Below the pieces are notes generated by a model. It was not told where the DNA came from. It saw nothing but the letters and a program-made list of their open reading frames with translations, and searched no databases. Below, in pieces: positions 6,055 through 14,750 of a DNA stretch of 44,102 nucleotides. The DNA comes from a virus. Made by a program: the position numbers and the translations under genes. Positions within the stretch are counted from its first letter, which is position 1. Every line of letters starts with the position of its first letter. The stretch lies in the IMG/VR virus record IMGVR_UViG_3300023096_000003. The stretch is one strand, 5' to 3'.

Positions 6055-6808
6055 CGAACGCGCCGTGATTGGCGGGAACAATCCGCCCGTGCCGATGACA
6101 GCCTTCGACGCGATCAAGATTGATATAGATGATCTATGCGAGGAGGCGAACGTCTGGCTGGACGGAGAACAGGTTACTACCCAAGAGCAAGCCGACGCCA
6201 TCAATACCCTGATCGATCGCATCATGAAAGCGGCCAATGCCGCCGACGAACAGCGTGGCATCGAGAAGGAGCCGCACGACACGGCAATTGATGAAATTCA
6301 GGGTCGCTACAACAAGCTGATTGCCGGGGTTTTCTCGAAAAACAAATCAGTCACCGGCAGCGCCAAGCTGGCTATCGACGCAGCAAAGAAGGCCCTCGCT
6401 CCCTACCTCTTGAAGCAGGAGCAGGAGCAGGCAGAGATTGCCCGTCTTGCCCGCGTCGAAGCTGACCGCCTTCAAGAGCAGGCCCGTGAGGCCATGAGGC
6501 AGCGCGATGCAGCCAATCTATCACAGGTGGCTGAAGCCGAAAGCCTCGTCATCCAGGCTAAGGCAGCGACGAAGTTTGCCGACAAAGCCGAGGGGACCAA
6601 GATCCACGCCAGAGGGGAAGGCAGGGCAATAGGCCTCCGTACTGTCTACCGCGCCGTCATGGACGACAAGAAGCTTGCGGCGTCTTGGGTATGGGTTGAT
6701 CGCCAGGACGAACTGATAGCCTTCATCCAAGACCTCGCAGACAAGGCCGTTCGTGGCGGCAAGCATACAATTCCGGGATTTTCCGTCATCGAAGAGAAAG
6801 TTTTGTGA
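6038..6808 (+). CDS. Hypothetical coiled-coil protein with an N-terminal IGGNNPP motif
   Basis: 256 aa, GAAGGAA SD. Sits immediately upstream of the annealase gene. Confidence 0.6.
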   Translation: MTIAVNERAVIGGNNPPVPMTAFDAIKIDIDDLCEEANVWLDGEQVTTQEQADAINTLIDRIMKAANAADEQRGIEKEPHDTAIDEIQGRYNKLIAGVFSKNKSVTGSAKLAIDAAKKALAPYLLKQEQEQAEIARLARVEADRLQEQAREAMRQRDAANLSQVAEAESLVIQAKAATKFADKAEGTKIHARGEGRAIGLRTVYRAVMDDKKLAASWVWVDRQDELIAFIQDLADKAVRGGKHTIPGFSVIEEKVL

Positions 6809-7551
6809 TGTTCGACCAGCTCTCTGCAGAATTCCCGCGTGATGCCATTAGCTGGCGTGCGCAGTCCGTCACGAAGGACGGCACCAAGGCAATGGCTTTG
6901 GCCTATATCGACGCCCGCGATGTTATGGACCGTCTTGACGAGGTGTGTGGACCGTCTGAATGGCAGGACCGATACGAGTTCCATGGGGCTCGTACCGTTT
7001 GCTACCTGTCGATCCGCGTCAATGGTGAATGGATCACCAAGGCTGACGGCGCTGGAGACAGTGACGTAGAGGCCGAGAAGGGAGCTATTTCTGATGCTCT
7101 GAAGCGTGCCGCAGTCAAATGGGGCATTGGCCGATATCTCTACCACCTCAAGTCACCGTGGGTTCCATGCGAAACTTCGGACTACAACGGCAAGAAGCAG
7201 TGGAAGAGCTGGACGGCAAGCCCGTGGGATTATGTTCGCGGCCAGCCACCAGTAGCCAAGAAAGAGCCTGAAGCTCCAAAGGCTACAAGCGCCGCAGAAC
7301 AAAAGCGCCAGTTGCTGGAAATCGATAAGGATTTGCTCGACGCCCATTCCGTTTCCGATGTGAAGCGGGTTGCCGACATTTGGCAGACGATTGCCACCCG
7401 TGACGGTTGGTCACGAGATTACAAGCTAGCCGCCAAGGAGAAGTTCGACGCGGCCCGCGCCAGCCTCACCGACACGGTGGACGAAATCGAAAACACCTTC
7501 CCCGGTTCTCGCACTGTCGATGACCGTATGCACCCTCTCAACGCAGGATAA
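6808..7551 (+). CDS. Rad52/Rad22-family single-strand annealing protein
   Basis: GAGDSDVEAEKGAISDALKRAAVKWGIGRYLY is the Rad52-type signature. ATG at 6808 overlaps the upstream TGA (the ORF-track start at 6805 is GTG). Confidence 0.75.
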   Translation: MFDQLSAEFPRDAISWRAQSVTKDGTKAMALAYIDARDVMDRLDEVCGPSEWQDRYEFHGARTVCYLSIRVNGEWITKADGAGDSDVEAEKGAISDALKRAAVKWGIGRYLYHLKSPWVPCETSDYNGKKQWKSWTASPWDYVRGQPPVAKKEPEAPKATSAAEQKRQLLEIDKDLLDAHSVSDVKRVADIWQTIATRDGWSRDYKLAAKEKFDAARASLTDTVDEIENTFPGSRTVDDRMHPLNAG

Positions 7552-7557
7552 ATCATC

Positions 7558-7992
7558 ATGGCCGGCAGTGTTAACAAAGTGATTTTGATCGGAAATGTTT
7601 GCGCCGATGTGGAAATTAGGAGGACCCAGAGCGGTTCGCCTATCGCAAATTTGTCCATCGCCACGAATGAAACATGGCGAGACAAAAATTCGGGCGAGCG
7701 CAAGGAGAAGGCTGAATTTCACCGCGTCGTCATCTTCAACGAAGGCCTGTGCAAGGTGGCTGAGTCCTACCTGAAAAAGGGGAGCAAGGTCTATATCGAA
7801 GGCTCCCTCCAGACCCGCAAATGGCAGGATAAGGACGGCCAGGATAAGTACTCGACGGAGATTGTACTACAGGGCTTCAACTCCACGCTGACGATGCTGG
7901 ATGGACCCGGCGACAAGTCGAAAGACAATCATCGAGCCGATGAACCGGCCAAGTCATTTGCCGAAGACCTTGATGATGAATTGATCTTTTAG
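7558..7992 (+). CDS. ssb: Single-stranded DNA-binding protein
   Basis: [14 protein letters not shown]...EFHRVVIFN...[19 protein letters not shown]-fold pattern with an acidic C-terminal tip DDELIF. Confidence 0.9.
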   Translation: MAGSVNKVILIGNVCADVEIRRTQSGSPIANLSIATNETWRDKNSGERKEKAEFHRVVIFNEGLCKVAESYLKKGSKVYIEGSLQTRKWQDKDGQDKYSTEIVLQGFNSTLTMLDGPGDKSKDNHRADEPAKSFAEDLDDELIF

Positions 7993-8001
7993 GAGGCCGT
8001 C

Positions 8002-8430
8002 ATGAGCAAGACCGAACATCCGCCCATTTACGTCATTCGCCGTGGCGACGTTTTGCAGCCCGAGATGCAGGCCGACGCCGAGATGATCCGCAAGATGAAG
8101 CCCGGAGAGCGTATCCGGGTGGATCTCCGCACCGGACGGTCTCCGTCAAGGCTCCGGTTCTACTGGCAGCTGCTTAACCGGCTGATCGAAGCTACGGATT
8201 GCTGCCCGAATGTCGAAGCCCTTCACAGCGTGATCAAGCTCGATCTGGGCCATGCAACGCCTGTCCGGCTTCGGAATGGGATGACGGTTCTTGTCCCGTC
8301 CAGCATAGCCTTCGACAAGATGACGGAAGAATCCTTTGCCGAGTATCTGGAGCGGGCAATCGAGTGGATCGGATCTAACTTCGGCGTCACTCCAGACCAA
8401 CTGATGAACCGTGGGGAGAAGGCAGCATGA
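8002..8430 (+). CDS. NinB/Orf-like (DUF1367-like) recombination mediator (putative)
   Basis: 142 aa, AGGAGG SD. RSPSRLRFYWQLLNRL and SIAFDKMTEESFAEYLERAIEWI resemble the NinB pattern, and the gene sits in the recombination module. Confidence 0.35.
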   Translation: MSKTEHPPIYVIRRGDVLQPEMQADAEMIRKMKPGERIRVDLRTGRSPSRLRFYWQLLNRLIEATDCCPNVEALHSVIKLDLGHATPVRLRNGMTVLVPSSIAFDKMTEESFAEYLERAIEWIGSNFGVTPDQLMNRGEKAA

Positions 8431-8666
8431 ACAATCTCGTCCAGTCGCACCTATCGCGTCATCCTAAAGCCAGACCAACCACCATATCGGACAAGATCAA
8501 GATCCAGGCCACATGCGAACAGCTACGCTCTGAGATTGCTGGCCTACACCATGCCAACGAGTTTCGCGCCCGCGTCAATCACCAGCCGGAAGCTGGGTTG
8601 CTTGCTCGCACGGTCAATGTGCTGGGGAAGCTGTTTAAGGTGCTGGCAGCGAGGTTAGTTCAATGA
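8427..8666 (+). CDS. Hypothetical protein
   Basis: 79 aa, ATGA coupling. Confidence 0.5.
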   Translation: MNNLVQSHLSRHPKARPTTISDKIKIQATCEQLRSEIAGLHHANEFRARVNHQPEAGLLARTVNVLGKLFKVLAARLVQ

Positions 8667-8923
8667 CGAGGATCGTAGCGGTAGCTATCCAATGCGGCGC
8701 AACCATTTCCCTGCTTCCGCCTGCCCGTCATCATACCATTCTCCAGAGCATGGACCTGATCATGGGCATTGATACGGAGAAGGTTCTGCCGTCTGAGCAA
8801 GGGTTTCTCACGGATGAGGGCCGGTTCGTCAATCGCGTTGAGGCCTTCTACATCGCTTGGAAGGCTGAGCAGTTCTTGAAGCCTTCTAACGGGCCCGAAC
8901 TCTTTTCGGAGGATCTTTGGTAA
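8663..8923 (+). CDS. Hypothetical conserved phage protein
   Basis: 86 aa, ATGA coupling. Confidence 0.5.
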   Translation: MTRIVAVAIQCGATISLLPPARHHTILQSMDLIMGIDTEKVLPSEQGFLTDEGRFVNRVEAFYIAWKAEQFLKPSNGPELFSEDLW

Positions 8924-9312
8924 TGGGCTTCCGTATCAATCCAGCTATTGCGCCAGACATAACACCGAAGGCCAAGCCGACGAAGAGCAAGGACTATCTT
9001 GCGTTCATCCATCTGCTCCCGTGCGTCATCACCGGCCAATATGAGGTCCAAGCCGCACACCTGTCTATGGCAGCACCAAAGTATGGCCATTACGGACGCG
9101 GCAAGGGCAGCAAGGTTTCGGATAGGTGGGTGCTCCCGCTCTCCCCAGCCAAGCACGCACGCCAGCATGAAATTGGTGAGGACCTGTTTTGGCGCAACGC
9201 CGGGATAGACCCACACATCCTGGCGTTAACCATTCATGGCCTGTGGACTGATTTGGGCGACGATGCCGAGCCGTTCGCCACTGCCATTATCAATCAAGCG
9301 AGGCTTTCATGA
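8923..9312 (+). CDS. DUF968 / Ref-like putative nuclease
   Basis: YLAFIHLLPCVITG...AAHL...GKGSKVSDRWVLPLSPAKHARQHE pattern. ATG at 8923 overlaps the upstream TAA. Confidence 0.45.
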   Translation: MGFRINPAIAPDITPKAKPTKSKDYLAFIHLLPCVITGQYEVQAAHLSMAAPKYGHYGRGKGSKVSDRWVLPLSPAKHARQHEIGEDLFWRNAGIDPHILALTIHGLWTDLGDDAEPFATAIINQARLS

Positions 9313-10064
9313 CCCAGCAAGAACACGGATCTGTCGCCATGGGCGATAGCACACTGCAATCCCGCGTCCAGCCTTGGATGATGGCCTGTTTTGGGCCTGA
9401 GATTTCCGCCGACCGGCTTGAACGGAACGATCGGTTCATTGAGGAAGCTTTGGAGTTGGTACAGGCCAGCGATTACCCGAAAGAGCGGGCGCTTGCTCTG
9501 GTCGATTACGTCTATGGCCGAGACCAAGGCGAGATCAATCAGGAAGTTGGCGGGGTTATGATCACGCTGGCCGCTCATTGCCTCGCCCACGGCGTTGATA
9601 TGCATGAGGCAGGCGAAACGGAACTGGCCCGTATCTGGACAAAGGTTGATGCTATCCGAGCAAAGCAGGCCGCAAAGCCGACAGGATCAGCCTTGCCGGT
9701 CTCCGCTCCCCAGCCCGCCCATGGTACGTCCGCAACGGAGCGGGTGACCTCGGATCAGCCGGTATTGTTCGGCCTTGAAGCGCAAGGTCATATTCCCACC
9801 GTCGAGGCCGCTCTTTCTGAAGGCACAGATTGGCAGCAGATAGGCCGACGCATCGGATGGGACGGTGAAACTGCGAGGCAATACTACGAGCGCCACCTTG
9901 CTCGTTCCGCCCTCGCCACCCCCACACCGAATGAGGTGCCAAGCAACCAGCATGAGTTTGTCCCTGATCAGAAATATCCATGGTTCTGCGCCCACTGTGG
10001 CTACGTTCCTCATGAGCCGTTGATGCATTTCTCCACTCCCACACCAAAGGAGGAGTGCAAGTGA
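9309..10064 (+). CDS. Hypothetical protein (N-terminus faintly MazG-like)
   Basis: 251 aa. ...CFGPEISADRLERNDRFIEEALELVQA... The domain call has low support. Confidence 0.5.
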   Translation: MTQQEHGSVAMGDSTLQSRVQPWMMACFGPEISADRLERNDRFIEEALELVQASDYPKERALALVDYVYGRDQGEINQEVGGVMITLAAHCLAHGVDMHEAGETELARIWTKVDAIRAKQAAKPTGSALPVSAPQPAHGTSATERVTSDQPVLFGLEAQGHIPTVEAALSEGTDWQQIGRRIGWDGETARQYYERHLARSALATPTPNEVPSNQHEFVPDQKYPWFCAHCGYVPHEPLMHFSTPTPKEECK

Positions 10065-10867
10065 TCAAGATTAATAGCGAACAGACGGCCTATAATATCG
10101 GCTATGACAATCCGGCGCTTCCATACAGGGGAAATTTTCTGTCACCTCACATGGTGATTTCTAACGCCTATTATTGCGGTCAAGCCGATGCGCAAAATCA
10201 CGCGCCCAGAGCATCTGATTTTAGACTGGATGACTACGATTTCCCAAGCTGCGAAAGGAAGTCTCCGGTTCCCGTCGCACCCGATGCCCGCTCCATCATC
10301 GATGAGCATAAGAACTACGAGCGCGAAATCGCGTCCCTGCAATACCGACTGGAAGAAGCCGAAAGCCACTTGGCAAGGCTATCCGTGCAGGAGTTCCCCG
10401 AAGATGTAATGCAGGTTGCCGCGCAGTCATGCCGAGATGCCTACTACTCCCCCACAAATTTTGATGGGACTCCCTCTATAGTCTGCAAGGCTGTAGCCAG
10501 AGCCGTTCTTGCCGAGCGCCAAAAATGGAGCGCCCTCGCCCAGCAGCCTATATCCGTGCAGGCGCCTGTAGCCTGGCGATATAAAAGGACGGAGTGGGGC
10601 GAAGAGTTCTGGCATTGCTCCGCCTGTGAACCGCGCACAAAGGAAGAAAGAGAGAGATGGGAACCCCTCTACACCGCTCCAACAGTCGGAGGTGGTCCAG
10701 AATTAAACCCAATAGAGACAGCCGCCGAAAAGGCAATCCATTATTACAACGGGTTAGGAGACGGATACCCAAGCGTGACGGTGGTCTTCAATTGTATCGA
10801 AGATGCTGAACCTTTTCGCTCCGCAATCGAAAAATTCGTAACCCGATACGTAGGAGCGTCCAAATGA
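10061..10867 (+). CDS. Hypothetical protein
   Basis: GTG at 10061 in a GTGA overlap, with AAGGAGGAG 7 nt upstream (the ORF-track start at 10055 is also GTG). Confidence 0.5.
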   Translation: MIKINSEQTAYNIGYDNPALPYRGNFLSPHMVISNAYYCGQADAQNHAPRASDFRLDDYDFPSCERKSPVPVAPDARSIIDEHKNYEREIASLQYRLEEAESHLARLSVQEFPEDVMQVAAQSCRDAYYSPTNFDGTPSIVCKAVARAVLAERQKWSALAQQPISVQAPVAWRYKRTEWGEEFWHCSACEPRTKEERERWEPLYTAPTVGGGPELNPIETAAEKAIHYYNGLGDGYPSVTVVFNCIEDAEPFRSAIEKFVTRYVGASK

Positions 10868-11082
10868 CCGAGATGATTGAACGGGTTGCGCAGGCGATCT
10901 TGAGAGAGAAGCAGAATAACCGGTCTGCATTCCCGTGTAACCTAGATTTGGCACGTGCCGCCATCGAAGCCATGCGAGTTCCCACAAAAGCCATGGAAGA
11001 TGTCGCACGATCAACAGCAGATCCATGGTGTGAGAGTTGGCCGCTAATGATCGACGCCGCTCTCAGGGAGACGGAAGAATGA
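10864..11082 (+). CDS. Hypothetical small protein
   Basis: 72 aa, ATGA coupling. Confidence 0.5.
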   Translation: MTEMIERVAQAILREKQNNRSAFPCNLDLARAAIEAMRVPTKAMEDVARSTADPWCESWPLMIDAALRETEE

Positions 11083-11552
11083 AAATAACTGAGGAAATGA
11101 TCGAAGCTGCCCGCTCTGCATATGCAGCAGGCGATCTGCCTAATGATGTGTGTTCTTACGAAGGCATGCGTGATGCCTTGGAGGCCGCGCTTTCCCTGGC
11201 TGAGTCAACACCCGTACCCACCGAGCCGTGTGAGTGGGGAATGGTCCCGAAGATTCTGACCCCAAGAATTGTTCAGTACCTTCAGACGAATACCGAGATG
11301 GGCGCCTACGTCTGCGAAAACCTACTGGGAGCCTATGGCCTGATGGATGAATATCACACGGCCCTGATTTCTGCATGCGTCAAAGATGCCAGCGGTTTGT
11401 CATCAAACCCAATTGACCCCGATCCAAACCCCAAATTCTTCGGACAAGAATGGCTTGACGAAGAATACCGCGTCGATGGGGCTGGTACGATCTGGGACCG
11501 CAAGACCGGAGAAAACGTATCCGAACGTCTTCGTAGGGAGAGCAAGGAATGA
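11079..11552 (+). CDS. Hypothetical protein
   Basis: ATG at 11079 in an ATGA overlap. The N-terminus resembles that of the preceding gene (MIE..A...A). Confidence 0.5.
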   Translation: MKITEEMIEAARSAYAAGDLPNDVCSYEGMRDALEAALSLAESTPVPTEPCEWGMVPKILTPRIVQYLQTNTEMGAYVCENLLGAYGLMDEYHTALISACVKDASGLSSNPIDPDPNPKFFGQEWLDEEYRVDGAGTIWDRKTGENVSERLRRESKE

Positions 11553-11866
11553 GCGACCAACGCGATATTTACGAAGTGGCCAATCAGCTCGGTGGCTATG
11601 TTGGCCCCACCACGCCTGAGTTCCTGAAGAAATTCCTGCTGCGCGAGTCTGAGGAAGCCTCAAAGCTTGCCGATCGTATCATTCACCTCGAAAAGGCACT
11701 TCGAGACATAGCCGAAGAACGTGGCAGATGCTCCAAGTGTGGGAAATTGGCCGATATGCCGAGTAATTGCGTTAGTTGCGATAACTATCGCGCTTGCACG
11801 TGGGCCCCACAAAACCCTGCAGACATTGCCCGTGCAGCTCTGGACGCAAAGGAGAGGAAGGAATGA
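11549..11866 (+). CDS. Hypothetical Cys-containing protein
   Basis: 105 aa, CSKCG...CVSC...C pattern. Confidence 0.5.
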   Translation: MSDQRDIYEVANQLGGYVGPTTPEFLKKFLLRESEEASKLADRIIHLEKALRDIAEERGRCSKCGKLADMPSNCVSCDNYRACTWAPQNPADIARAALDAKERKE

Positions 11867-12156
11867 CAGTCTACACGCCGGCCACCCTTGCCAAGAAATG
11901 GGAATGTTCAGAGCGCCACGTGCGCAACCTTATCACCAGCGGCCAATTGCCTTCATTCCGGCTTGGTGAAAAGCTCCTGCGGATCAGGGGTGAAGAAGTG
12001 GAGAAATTTGAATGCCAGATTGGCGCATCACACGACTACGAGGAGAATATTGCCTCACCTGGGAAGACGAGGCTGGAGTCAGGCGCCGTTATAAGCTTGG
12101 AACAGCCGATCCGAAAGAAGCGAACCGCCGCGCCACGTCTCGATATGCGGAACTGA
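11863..12156 (+). CDS. xis: Excisionase-like HTH (MerR/Xis-type) protein
   Basis: MTVYTPATLAKKWECSERHVRNLITSGQLPSFRLGEKLLRIRGEEVEKF is an excisionase-family HTH. ATGA-coupled start. The 3' 145 nt overlap int. Confidence 0.6.
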   Translation: MTVYTPATLAKKWECSERHVRNLITSGQLPSFRLGEKLLRIRGEEVEKFECQIGASHDYEENIASPGKTRLESGAVISLEQPIRKKRTAAPRLDMRN

Positions 12157-13016
12157 CCAGACCGAAAGGTACGACGGTCAAGGATATCTGGAATGCCTAC
12201 TGTCACGCCAAGGAGGGCTTGGCAGTGCTCGAGACGATGAAACACACATGGAAGGCTCTCGAGCCAAGGTTCGGCCGCATAGAGGCGACAGAGGTATCAA
12301 TTGACGATTGCCGAGCTCACACGCTCGAGCGCAGAGCAGCCAAGACCACGAAAAACCCAGACGGCATTCAGGATGGAACAATCCATACCGAGCTCGGACA
12401 TCTGCGCATGGTGCTGAAGTGGGCCGAGAATAACCGGATCATTGCTCGAGCTCCACATATAGAGAGACCGGCCAAGCCAGAGCCGAAGGATTATCACATC
12501 TCGAGAGACGAGGTGAAGACACTGATGGCCTGCGCCAACGTCCCGCACATCCGCCTGCTCATCCGTCTGCTCATCAGCACAGGAGCTCGAGTGACGGCAG
12601 CGCTGCAGCTTACGTGGGACAGGGTGGAGCTCGACCGTGGGATTATCAACCTGCGTAACCCGTTCGATCGCTCGAGGCGGAAAGGACGCGCCACGGTGCC
12701 AATCAATAAGCAGTTGCTTGAGGATCTGCTCGAGGCCAAGAAACTGGCCATGTCGCCATTCGTCATAGAATGGGCCGGGAAGAATGTAGTCTCAGTAAAA
12801 AAGGGGATGAAGGCTGCGGCTATCGCGGCGGGGTTGCCGGATGTAACGCCGCATGTGTTGCGTCATTCGGCCGGCGTATGGCTGGCGGAAGACGGACACA
12901 GCATGGCGGAGATTGCGCAATTTCTCGGCCATGGGAATACGCGGACAACGGAGAAAGTCTACGCCCGCTTTAGCCCGGAATATCTGCGCGGGCTTGCATC
13001 ATCTCTCGAGCTCTAA
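12012..13016 (+). CDS. int: Tyrosine recombinase / phage integrase
   Basis: 334 aa. TGARVTAALQLTWDRV..., HVLRHSAGVWLAEDG, LGHGNTRTTEKVY show the R...HxxR...Y catalytic pattern. GGAGA SD. Confidence 0.9.
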   Translation: MPDWRITRLRGEYCLTWEDEAGVRRRYKLGTADPKEANRRATSRYAELTRPKGTTVKDIWNAYCHAKEGLAVLETMKHTWKALEPRFGRIEATEVSIDDCRAHTLERRAAKTTKNPDGIQDGTIHTELGHLRMVLKWAENNRIIARAPHIERPAKPEPKDYHISRDEVKTLMACANVPHIRLLIRLLISTGARVTAALQLTWDRVELDRGIINLRNPFDRSRRKGRATVPINKQLLEDLLEAKKLAMSPFVIEWAGKNVVSVKKGMKAAAIAAGLPDVTPHVLRHSAGVWLAEDGHSMAEIAQFLGHGNTRTTEKVYARFSPEYLRGLASSLEL

Positions 13017-13154
13017 ATCAACGTAGTGCTCTTGTGGCATGCTGAACCGGAGATGAGGAACAGAAAGTGATTCTAATGCCTGAAACGACCTTTCAAGAAG
13101 TGCTCTTTTCCCGTAAAAGGTCGGTTTGCGGCCAAGGGAACAATGTTGACATCG

Positions 13155-13190
13155 TAGGGGTCACAGGTTCAATCCCTGTTACGCCCACCA
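13155..13190 (+). other. attP core: 3' fragment of a tRNA gene (T-arm, acceptor 3' strand and CCA)
   Basis: ACAGG TTCAATC CCTGT T-arm, then TACGCCC A CCA. No matching 5' acceptor strand (GGGCGTA) upstream, so this is not a complete tRNA. Located 140 nt downstream of int. Confidence 0.7.
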
Positions 13191-13258
13191 TCCTTTTCAA
13201 GCACTTAGCTGCTTTCTGCGAAGCGCCCTCTAGGTTCAATGAACTTGGAGGGCGAATA

Positions 13259-13921
13259 TTACTGCCCCAAAGACGTGGGACGATTGCCTGACAGTCGGGA
13301 CAAGTCACGCTCTAGCCTTTGCTGGTTTTCCTTCAGATCAAAGATGATATCGCGGGCGCCGTAAGTGGATGCCTGCGCCTGCTTGATCTCGTCAATCTGC
13401 TTTTGAAGCTGAGCCTTCTGCATATCGTCGGACTGCCAGACGCGCTCCAGTTCGGCTCTCGGAACCATCTGGTCGTTGATCTTTCCGATTGATAGGTTCA
13501 TCTGGCTGAATTTGTCGATGTACTCATTTCGGGACACGACACGGTTATTCTCGTAGGTCGCACGGAAATCCTGGAACGCGGCGATCGACACGGCATCCTT
13601 GGAGACCTCGGAAATGTTGACATCCAGCCTGTCCAGACCCTTGCTGAGGCTGCTATAGAAGAACGCGCCCCCTGTGGCTAAGACGGTGAAGCAGACGCCC
13701 GCCGCTGCCCAGATCACAGGCCATTGGGTTTTGGAATTGCTACGAAGCTCATTCGACAGGGTGCCGATGGCCGAATTGACCGTCTGAAACCCTGTGTTCA
13801 TATTGCTGCGGATATCGATCAGGTCTTTGCCTTGGTTCTCCACCCTCTCGGAGAGACGGGCATAAGAGGCAAGAGGATCAAAGTTTCCATTGCTGGACAT
13901 ATCAGAATTCCCTGATGACAT
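13259..13921 (-). CDS. Bitopic membrane protein with coiled-coil regions (attP-proximal moron, function unknown)
   Basis: 220 aa with one central TM (WPVIWAAAGVCFTVLATGGAFFY) and heptad-like C-terminal segments. Separated from the lysis cassette by a 138-nt gap. Confidence 0.65.
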   Translation of the reverse strand: MSSGNSDMSSNGNFDPLASYARLSERVENQGKDLIDIRSNMNTGFQTVNSAIGTLSNELRSNSKTQWPVIWAAAGVCFTVLATGGAFFYSSLSKGLDRLDVNISEVSKDAVSIAAFQDFRATYENNRVVSRNEYIDKFSQMNLSIGKINDQMVPRAELERVWQSDDMQKAQLQKQIDEIKQAQASTYGARDIIFDLKENQQRLERDLSRLSGNRPTSLGQ

Positions 13922-13955
13922 TTACAGCACCCGAAGCCATGTGTTTTCATGATTA

Positions 13956-13983
13956 ACGATAGGGGAATGATTGGCGGGTACAA
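13956..13983 (-). promoter_or_regulatory. Candidate promoter for the attP-proximal moron
   Basis: Minus-strand TTGTAC, 16 nt, TATCGT, about 35 nt upstream of the ATG at 13921. Confidence 0.2.
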
Positions 13984-14059
13984 TGAACCCAGCCGTAACG
14001 AACCCGTATCGTGCGGTCAGGCCGGTGCGCTCTGCTCTAACAGGACGTTCCGGCCGATC

Positions 14060-14149
14060 TTAGTCGATCGTGAGGGCAATCGCCGTGAACACGATTGAGG
14101 CTGTGACCAAGGCCACGAATATCCATGAGATGATTGTCAATCGGCTCAT
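14060..14149 (-). CDS. 29-aa hydrophobic peptide translationally coupled to the o-spanin
   Basis: ATGA overlap with the o-spanin stop, with AAGGGAGAAG 7 nt upstream. Product: MSRLTIISWIFVALVTASIVFTAIALTID. Below the ORF-track cut-off. Confidence 0.45.
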   Translation of the reverse strand: MSRLTIISWIFVALVTASIVFTAIALTID

Positions 14150-14436
14150 TGAAGCTTCTCCCTTGTCGCATCGTAGAAATCAGCGCACCGGCCGACGCGG
14201 GAGTTTGCCCGATCGGTCGAGAGGCGTTCGCGCTTCAGAACGGAAATCACCTCATCCCCTACATTGACCGGAGCGTGAGGCTCTTTCACCCTGCAGTCAT
14301 CGGGGAGGGCGGGAAGAACAACGCGAGCCTGCGCCCTGCCCTGCGTCTTGGCGCTCTCATTTAAGGTCGAGCAAGAACTTGCGGTCAACGTCATCAAGAC
14401 TGCAAGAACGGCCGGAAGTTTTGCGAAGAGCCTCAT
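14146..14436 (-). CDS. o-spanin (outer-membrane lipoprotein, Rz1-like)
   Basis: MRLFAKLPAVLAVLMTLTASSC signal and lipobox-like motif plus further Cys residues. The start lies within the 3' end of the i-spanin gene (80-nt overlap). Confidence 0.65.
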   Translation of the reverse strand: MRLFAKLPAVLAVLMTLTASSCSTLNESAKTQGRAQARVVLPALPDDCRVKEPHAPVNVGDEVISVLKRERLSTDRANSRVGRCADFYDATREKLQ

Positions 14437-14731
14437 ATTCCGAAATCCTCTTTTCAGCTTCATCACGCTGCGTTGCTTCGGCGGCGCGGGAGTTTTTCAG
14501 TTGGACCTGATAGGCCTCGATCACGATCCGGCCGGCGGATACCTGGCGCTCTAGCTCTGCGGCCTTGGCTTCGGCAGAGATGGCGCGAACCTCAAGCACC
14601 ATGCCCTGCTTGGCCTCACGAACCTCAAGGGGGATGATGACCAGCCAGAACAGGAGAGAGGCAGCAGCGGCGCCCATTGCCATGCGGACGATGCCAGCAA
14701 AACCGCCGATGACGTTCCATAAGGCGATCAT
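14357..14731 (-). CDS. i-spanin (Rz-like)
   Basis: 124 aa with an N-terminal TM followed by a charged coiled coil. GAGGTG SD. Overlaps the o-spanin gene. Confidence 0.65.
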   Translation of the reverse strand: MIALWNVIGGFAGIVRMAMGAAAASLLFWLVIIPLEVREAKQGMVLEVRAISAEAKAAELERQVSAGRIVIEAYQVQLKNSRAAEATQRDEAEKRISEYEALRKTSGRSCSLDDVDRKFLLDLK

Positions 14732-14750
14732 TGTTTCACCTCGCTGGAAT

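Noticed and set aside
4006-6282. Minus-strand ORFs 4006..4662, 4935..5612 and 5677..6282 (201-225 aa)
   Set aside because: Each spans several well-supported, tightly coupled plus-strand genes. The duplicated peptide in 4006..4662 (LPCVFLCS.QMGEV) merely mirrors the family-B DNA repeats.
13115-13190. A complete tRNA gene next to int
   Set aside because: Only the T-arm, the 3' acceptor strand and CCA are present. The sequence about 76 nt upstream does not supply a complementary 5' acceptor strand or D-arm, so it is an attP core fragment.
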